From: Paraspadella gotoi
Taxonomy: Eukaryota > Animalia > Chaetognatha
Assembly: GCA_051294375.1 (NCBI GenBank)
Contig: CM119266.1
Location: forward strand, 2,345,008-2,409,007
Reading direction: 5' to 3'
Length of the DNA stretch: 64,000 nucleotides
Numbering within the stretch: the stretch's first letter is position 1; every line of letters starts with the position of its first letter. The position numbers and the translations under genes are program-made. This document shows positions 24,701 through 33,700 of the stretch, piece after piece. Under the pieces are notes generated by a model. It was not told the DNA's origin. It saw only the letters and a list, made by a program, of their open reading frames with translations, and did no database searches.

Positions 24701-27700
24701 ATAATAATTTTAATTAGGCTAGTACCCTCAGAAAAAAATAATTTTGGACAAAAAATATTTTAATACTTTAATCTATGCTCATGATAGATTATTTTATCGC
24801 TGTATACATAAGCATTTAAATTTCATCGGCTATGGCTACTAGAGTTAAAAAATTGACTCTAAATGTAGTTAATTTCAATATGAGAAATCCGTCTCACTTC
24901 TCTCATTATTAAATTAAATTAAAACTAATTAATTTGAAATTTGTACATTTAAGATTAATAAAATCACAACGGGTTTGCAAATAGTTATTTGTAAACTATT
25001 TTACTTAATATAAATTCTTTTTTTCCAATTCGTAATTTTGAAATTGGTTTCATTAGTTAAAATGAGCAAAAACTGAAGATTTTCTTCGTTTATCCATTTT
25101 CAAAGTTTAAAATTTGTCAACAAATATTTTACAACTGTATGCATTGATTCTTTTAATACCTTAATGTTTTAATACTGTACTTCACTAATTGACAGTTTTT
25201 CCAAATTAATACTTATAAGAAAAAAGAAAATTAATATCGCAAAATCTAACTTCAATTTGATAAAAGAATAAATACTGGCACGCCTTATAACAATTTATTT
25301 GGTTTAGACCTATTTTTACCGCCATTTGTGCAGAAAAATGTTTGTATAACTACTTAAGTAAAACATGAATAACCTTATGCCGGTAAACCTTAATCTATAT
25401 TTTTTTTAAATTTTTGTATTGGTATAGTGCTATCCTTATAATATAAAAATATTTCAAAATAGATTTTTCTATAGTTTCTAGTTTTGTATTTTTGAATTCC
25501 CTTTCAAAAGTTGACAAAAGAAAATCTACAGATTGATAATTTAAAGAAAATATAAAGCATTTTTAAAAATTCTTTCATTAAGTTGGTTAAAAATGTAAAA
25601 AAATATTTACATAACCCAAAAATTATATTTTGAGCTTCATATATTAATTTTTGTGACTTTTAACCCTCCTAATGAAATAATTTTTCAGTTTATTTTTTAT
25701 CAACTTTTTACGAGGAACCCAAATCTGTTAAAAATCTTTAAAAAATTAACCTTTGTAAGTACTATGTATAAATATATTTTAATGCGTAAATTGATTAATA
25801 ATTAAAAATTTTTGTTACTCAGTAATGTTCAGATGAACTGTTGTTTCTTTACTTTAGGAATTTTTATTCAAGCTAAATTTAGGATTTTCACCTCGCTTTA
25901 ATGGCTACTAGTGCGACATTTAAGTTAGTTCTCTTTAAGTAACGTTTTTGAAAAGAATCGCCCAATTAATTTTAGAGATAAAACATTATTTTGGTTGTAC
26001 TAATTCCATGTGATTGGTAGCGCGGCTTGGTCCCTTCTAAACCAAAAATAGTTTGTGATCGCTAAATTTCACCGTATCCTGGCGATGTACCTGAGGGATT
26101 GTTGTGAAATTGAGTTTTGCCAAGTTCATGTTCATTTCTTTAAATTATATTGTTTTCATTATTAATTTGCTTCAAAATGTTCCCTTTCAGAATCAACAAC
26201 CGGTCCAACTTCCACCAGGATATACCATTCCACCAGGAACACTGCTTGTAAAAACCGATACCGGTCAGCTACAACTTATTCACACAGGCGCCAATCAAGC
26301 GGCCTTCATTACTCCGGGACGTAACGTTACCGGAACCACGCAATATAGGTTTGTACTATAAACCTTTATTTTTAAATAAGAAATAAAAAATCAATACATT
26401 GAGGCGCAAAAAAAAGAAAACACTAAGATATAGAAACATAAAACATGTATTTAAAAATACATAGTGTCTTTTTTTTTGGCGTTCTTAGATTGGACATTTA
26501 CAGACTGCACTATGCGTATGGTTAAAAAAATAGACAAACATTGTCTTCCATTTAAAAAAAATATCTTCTATATTTTATGAAATTTAATGTTGATAAACAA
26601 AAACGGAATCAAAATCTAGTTTCTGGAATATGGGAACAGTAAATATATTTTGAGTTATATGGTAGATTGTTTATTACTTTAGATTACTGCAAAGTTTTAT
26701 TTTTCCATTTCATGTTATAGTATATGATAATTTATTAGTGAGAAAGAGGAGCTCTTCTCATTAATGATAACACTAAGATATTTTTGTTGCTATTAATCGA
26801 CTCTTAGCTCGGGCTCAAGATTGCGCGAATTTCTCAGTAATAAAAAAAGACCAACTCTCTGGGCAACTTTTTACGATTTTAACATATTCATTATTCAATA
26901 TTCAATATGTAGTGTTTTTTCAATATCATTCAATATTCATTAAAAAATGTATCTATATTTCAGTACATCCGAATGAATTACAACAATTTTTTTTCTGATC
27001 GGTTCATTCCTGCCTTCGTTCGTTTCGCTGTGATATAAACTGTTTTTCAAGACATAACAGAAATTCTGATTGGTTGCCATACGCCTGATGTCACTTTTTC
27101 TTGGCATTTTCGGTAATCATATCTGCTACTAAGCATATTTACTATTTAACTTCGTTCCCTTCTGCCCTCGATGCTTTCAGAATGACAGCGTTTTTTTTAT
27201 TTAAAAACAAAAGACACTAACAACAATAAAATGTCAAAACCTAAGTTATAAGAAACTGTTGTGAATAAACGTTCAAGAACGTTCCAAGATAAGATGTCCA
27301 TAAAACCAAAAACAGTAAAATTAAAAAAATAAAAACATCTAGTCTAAATAACGTTAATAACGTTCAAAAAGTAATGCGCGAAAACAAAAAAAATACCGTT
27401 ACATTTAAAAATGTTAAGAACTAATTCATTAAAAACGATAAGAACAAATTGTTAGATAATTTATCAGTCAACAGCAATGACAAAATCCGTTTGCTTTCCC
27501 TTCAAAGAAATGGTTTTTGAAACTCCAATTTAATGTTTAATTATCCCGGATTATTCTTTTCAAAGAAGTATAGTTCTGAAATCATGCCATCAACAATACT
27601 GTCATCCAAGCATCGGTTTAATTTTTTAACTTTGAAGTATAATTTTTTTTCATGATATATCGTAACATTTTCTTTACAAATGCAAATAAACTTCTTAATA

Positions 27701-30700
27701 TCGGACTCGTGCTAAGTTGGTGAATAGGTCTCGCCAGCGGCTAATATAATCGCATTTGCATTTGCACGAAACCTGCTGCTGCTGCTGGCGTCCCACTCCG
27801 GATGATGAGGGCGACGCCGCCGAAATTTTCTCTCGCTGCTGCTGCCTTGGACGGGCGATGTCAAGAAAATATTCGGCTCTGTTATGTTTAATTATTATAT
27901 ATTCATCACTTGATGACTTATTGTGAGTTTGATTTCGTTTCATTTTAATTTTAGTTTTCTCCATTGCTGGGATATATGCTTTTGCTCATCTCTTGCAGCC
28001 GAAATCCATCGACTCCGGTTTCGTGTCATCAATAATTTAAACCCCTGCCACACTCCCTCCCCACCCTTTTCTTCCGATTATTCCACGGCGCTCATTGCAC
28101 CACTTCCCCCCCTTTTAATTTGGGTAAATGGGAAATGATAAACACTGGTCGTCTCTGCTTCCTCCTTTCTTCTCTTCTTCAATTTCCATTTTCCCGGATT
28201 TTGATTCGTGTTTTTGAGGTTATTTTTCGTTTTTATTTTCTTTACCTGATTGCTCTCTCTCTCTATCTCTCTCTCTCTCAATCTCGAGCGCGCGTCTAAA
28301 AATTAAAAATCGATTATTTTTTTTTCTCTTTTCGGAATTCGAGCAAGGCGCGAGGATAACCTCCAGATCGCGCCACAAAACGGCACGCAAAGCACACACA
28401 AGCGTGCGCATAAACGCAACAAACGCATATTTTCTCTCTCTCTCTCTCTGGTCTTGTCGCGCGACTCTTTCTCCTCCTCTCCTTTCCGTCTCTCGTCCAA
28501 TCGGCGGTTCCTATTTTTTATTCTCCAGTGGCTGACCGGCGGTAAGTCGCTCTCTTCCGACCAAATTCGCTCGCCGATTCGTCGATCCTCCCGCGAGCCT
28601 TGTTATTCTTTACGTCAACCTCCCAGGAAAAAAGCGGCAGCCTGGAGGAGATAAGTCCCCTGTTCCCCGTTGACGCTGCTGCGTTTTTCTCTTTCTCTCT
28701 CCAGTGCGGAGGAAGAGGAACGAAAAACGCGAGAACAGCGGCAGAGTGAGACAGAGCGAGGAAGGAACGTTGCTTTTTTTATTATTAACGATCGAATACA
28801 CGAGCGAGAGAGAGAGAGTTGACGACGACGATGAGAGCGACGACGAGTTTTAAAGAGACGATTGCCGACGCGAAGTGAGTTCAGCCTCGATCGTTCCGAC
28901 CAGTAAGCGGCGCTTTCCTCTCGTCGCCACCGCGCAACTCTGTCTCTCTCTCGTTTTCCTGCGAGAAGAAAAGGGAATTTTAGTTTTCTGCGACTGCAGC
29001 GAGAAAACAACACAAAATCAATCGAAGCTCCAGTATCGTTCAAATTTTTTTCTCTCGCGCGCTTATTTTTTGTAAAAACTCAAGTAAAACCGTTGTATAT
29101 TTTACTCTTCGAATTTATAAAACCAAAGATCATTCTCTGAATCCGACGGGAGGATTAAATATTTATATTTTCCTACTTATTATATTCGGCTGTGTCCTTC
29201 GAGCGCGCGCGTCCCCTTTATTTCTCCGCCCTCGTTAGTCAACATGAACAGTCACCCCTTGTTCGCCGAGGGTCATTATCGCGGATCTTATCAGTATTTC
29301 GAGAACTCTAGCCCCGTCGACTCTGGCGGGAGCGTTGAGTCCAACGGGTTCCTCGGTTCCAGCCCCAGCAGCGGTGTCACCAGCCCCGGAAAGACGTTCA
29401 GCCCTCCCAACTCGGCCGGGCCGGTGCGGCACGCCAGCAACCCTTTCGAACTCCCTGAAGAGACCAACGCAGTCGCCGGCGGGAGTTACTACGGAAACGG
29501 TCTGGCATCGGGCGGTTTTCGAAGCTACTCTTCCGCAAACCCGGCTGCCGATCCGGGATCCGGCCATTCCTTCGGTCCCCTCGCTCGCCCTTCCGCCTTT
29601 TCCGGCTACCCGTCCGGCAATGTCGCTTACACGTCCTCCCCGGGAGCTTACTCCTCCGCCCCTTCCGATCTCCCGTCCGTCTCGTCCTACCCGCTCGGTG
29701 GAATTCCTTACGAGAACCAAAGACCTTATCCTCCCTCGCCTCAAAGATTTTTCCGCCGGGACGGTCCTCCGCGGTCTCATCGTTTTGATCACAACAACTA
29801 CACTCAACAACAGCAACCATATCGCCTTCAACACTACGATCTCACGAACGGTTGGCCCGCCCAGGCTTGGCCTCAGAGACCCCACGCTCCTCATCATCGT
29901 AACTTTCAGGAGAATGACTTTACTCGACCCCTCGTCCAAACTCAACCCGAAAACCAAATGCTATACCGAAACGAAATTTCCGCTTTTACTGATCGTCGCC
30001 CGTCGGCAAAACGCGGCGCTTACTTTAAAAACGACTTATGTCGTCAGAGGGAGGCTGATCCTCGGAAAACAGCCGGGATCGCTTATGGCGGGTGGGAGCC
30101 CTTTCCGTGGGGAAAATCTATACCGTCCAGTCAATCGTGTCAAATAAATACCTCCAGGTAGATTTGCCTGGGACAGTTTTGTAAATTGTCTGTATATTTG
30201 CATTTGGTATAGAGGGCATTCGATCGATCTATGTGTAATAGGGCTCAACAACCTTCGAGTGCCAGCAGCTTCCTCTGCTGCGCTGATGCGGCGCCAGTAG
30301 TTTACTTGTCAGATACCCATTTCTTTTGCTGGGAATTTAATTCTGATTATTCTCCTCCTCGAAATGAGAAATAGAAATAAAGAGAGATGCTCCCTAAGAA
30401 GTTAGTTAACTCGACTAGCTTTTTGACAATTTTTGTAGTGATATTGTGTCCTAACTTCACTCGTAAAGTTATTCTTCCGGTTCAATAAGTTCTTTCACTG
30501 CACGTAGGCCCAAATCCAATTTCTGGAATCGTTTAAGCTATTTAACTATTTGTCATGGAAAATTAAATTTGCATAGTAGTAATAAACATATGTTACACAA
30601 GATAGTTTCTACCAGGCCTTTGTTACGAGAAAAAATCTAGTGTTTCAACAAAAAGTTGAGGGCCGAAGCTCCGCGAAAAAAAATATTATCTATTTCATTT

Positions 30701-33700
30701 CTTTTGTAGTCAAAAACATTGTACATTAATACTTTGTGAAATAGAATACAGTAAAAAACATTTTCGTTAAAATAATAACATTTAAATTATTAAAAATTGT
30801 TACCTGTCTGCAATACTCATCAGTTTTAAAAACGTGACTCGTTTATTCAGATTCGCCCAAGCGATGCCGCCAGCTGCGGCCGCTGCGCCGCACCCGCCCA
30901 ATGGTACGGCGGCGCCGACTCCAGGCGCCTCAGCCATCGCCGTCGCGGGCGTGGTGCAGCAACCGCAGAGCATCGCCAGTGTGCCCAGCGCCGCCCCGAA
31001 TCACGTTCCATCCATCGCATCGGCGCAGGTGAGACGATTGGGTTCAAATTAAAGTCGTGTTTTTGGTTCATCGAAGCCTCGATTATGATAATTATTATGA
31101 AATCGAGAGAATTTGGAAGTTTCTCTGTGAGTTATGTGGTTGATTTCTTGTCCAATGTCCATTAGAAATGCAACTCATGTCATTGGTTTTCCCTTCAGCT
31201 CCGTCCGTAACGGGCGGCCGTGACGACGTTTCGTCGGCCCGTTGCGGCGTCGTCGGTTCCGGGACGATGCCTCCACCGGCGCTGCTCCCGGGCGCCCACT
31301 TTCATTCGGCTCAACCGCCCAAGTTCGGCGATGACCTCAACGCCGCTGCACATGCCAAAAGTTAGTAGTATGGGCAACAGCCGGGATTTGCCTGTTGATG
31401 CCCATTGGGATGGGGGCAATCTCACTGTTGCTTTGGGGCTCCGACCCTCAGTGACGACTCGCAAGTACTGGCGCGGTTCCCTAGAGACGGGTCTCGCTTT
31501 GCAACGCAGACGGGAAGTCGTTAGGACTGTGGATGGAACACTACGCCTGGGATGCGTGTGTTCCCCCTCTGGCAATGGATTTGGCTGAAGGATGAGTGGA
31601 CGTGAGGCGGTGTGGATATACCGCCACAGGATCCCCGGCCAAGACATCACTCAGGTTCCTCAAGCCTGAGAGGTGTCTGACAAGGACTGTTACCATAGTG
31701 GAGAGAGAGAGAGATGAGCGCGAGTTTGTGGGGGCATAGGCGTTTGTCGTACTACCCCAGGGGCATAGGCGTTTGTCGTAGCGTGACCCGAAGTCGGCAG
31801 GGCATAGGCCGTTTGTCGTAGCGTACCCTGAGACAAGGTTGCGTGTGTTCGATAGTAGGGCTCACCACTTATGGCAACAGCCGGGTTGCCTGTGATCGCC
31901 ATGGGATGGGGCATCTCACTGTTGGCTTTGGGGCTTCCGACCCTCAGTGACGACTCCAGTCACTGGCGCGTTACCCTAGGACGGTCTCTGCTTTGGCCAA
32001 CGCAGAGGGAAGTCGTTAGGACTAGTGGATGGACACTACGGCCTGGATGGTGTGTTCCCCCTCTGAGCCAATGGATTTGGCTGAAGGATGGTGGGAACGT
32101 GAGGCGGTGTGGATATACCGCACAGTAGCCACTTAAATATGCTCGAATATACTTTTTATTGATAGGGAAAGCCAAGCTAGGATGTGTGAAAAACTTATCT
32201 TGTAAAAGGGATGGAGACTTTAACCCACTAAAGTCTGTCCAAAATCAGCGGCAAAATTGTTTTTTAATGAAATGAATGACAATTTTTACCTTCGTTGTAC
32301 CAATTTCATACTCAATTACTCAATACTCATTCGCTACTCGCTTTTGTCTTTACCTTTTTTCGCTAATATTTACATTTTATATTTTAGCGAGTGCGTTGGA
32401 AAACGTGAAAAAGTGCAAAAACTTTTTGTCGACGCTGATCAAGTTGGCCGGAAGTCAACCCCAGGAAACGATTAAGAACGTTAAAGAACTCATTCAAGTG
32501 AGTAATCGTAATAAACTCAAACTCAAAGTATTGCGTATATATAGCTTTTGTTTCTCTTCTTCGCAGGGTTTAATCGACGGGAAGATACAACCGGAGAAGT
32601 TCACCGAGCAGCTTCAAATAGAGTTGAAGTCAAGGTGATGCCGACGAATCATGTCATCCAATCCAATTGCAGCCTCCTTACCTTTCAATCGTCCCCCTCT
32701 TACTTCTTCAGTCCGCAACCTTACCTGGTTCCGTTTCTCAAAAAATCCCTGCCGATGCTACGTCAGTCTCTGGCCGCCGGTTCATGGCCATCGAGGCGGT
32801 TCGAGCGCCTGCGGGTTTTCCGGTCGCCAGTATCGCCAGCGTGGCCGGAGCGACGTCGCTTCCAGGGGCATGGCAGTGATGACGAATCAGATGGGAGTCC
32901 CAGGGCAGCATCCGCTCATTCTGCAGGTTCATAAGGGAGAAACCGAGACCGACATAAACAAGTTTTATAAGTTTGTTTATTTTAATTTAACTGTATACAT
33001 TATACAGTGTACTACTGTCCTTATTGTTGAAACTGTGTTAATAAGGCGTAGTAAAATTTCTAAATTTAACTTTAATTAAAATTCTAAAAGTGAGAGAACG
33101 AATAATATTAAACTAATAAACATCTATGTAATAAAAATTTATAATAAATTTTACAATTTACGCAGTAGGCCATATTTATACTAGTACTATCCAATAAATG
33201 TTAAAATTTTAAAACAGTTTTTTCTAAGATTTTTTTGCAGATTTGAATTCGTCAGAAAAAGTTGATAAAAAGAAATATATCTTTTTAAAAAATTCCTTCA
33301 TTAAGTGGGTCAAAAATTAGAAAAAGCTATATTTTAAACTGAAAATTAACTTTTTATATATCAATATAGTTTAAATTTTTAACCCCTTAATGAAAGAATT
33401 TTTAAAAATGACTTATATATTTCTTTTATCAACTTTTGACGAGGAATTCAAATCTGCAATCAAAATTAAGAAAAGCCAATGTTGAATTTTTGCAATTTTA
33501 TAAGGATAGTACTATATATAAATATAGCCTACTGCGAAAATTGAAGAACATAAAATAATTTTTTTTTATAAATTAATATTACTGATGGTATGTTGTTCAT
33601 AATTGACATTTAGAATTTTTATATGTAACTTTCACTACGCCTTAGTGTTTAATTATAAGATTGCTAGTGAAGTTAATAAATTAACTTAACCAATTAAAAT

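Noticed and set aside
29235-30147. Overlapping 240-aa antisense and 270-aa alternative-frame ORFs
   Set aside because: Expected shadows of a GC-rich coding exon; no recognisable domains.
31730-31830. CRISPR-like repeat-spacer pattern
   Set aside because: Only three units with short irregular spacers, a eukaryotic context and no cas genes; better explained as internal hairpins of the LTR element.
32050-32090. Hammerhead ribozyme on the opposite (+) strand of the LTR (ctctga-stem-gaag)
   Set aside because: No copy contains the CUGANGA and GAAA core.
21791-32870. Broken frames in TAF4 (21.8-22.8 kb, ~31200, ~32783, ~32866) suggesting a pseudogene or RNA editing
   Set aside because: TAF4 is essential and its domains are conserved. 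The breaks at ~32783 and ~32866 are single-base losses in short runs, so local low consensus quality is more parsimonious. Raw reads are needed.
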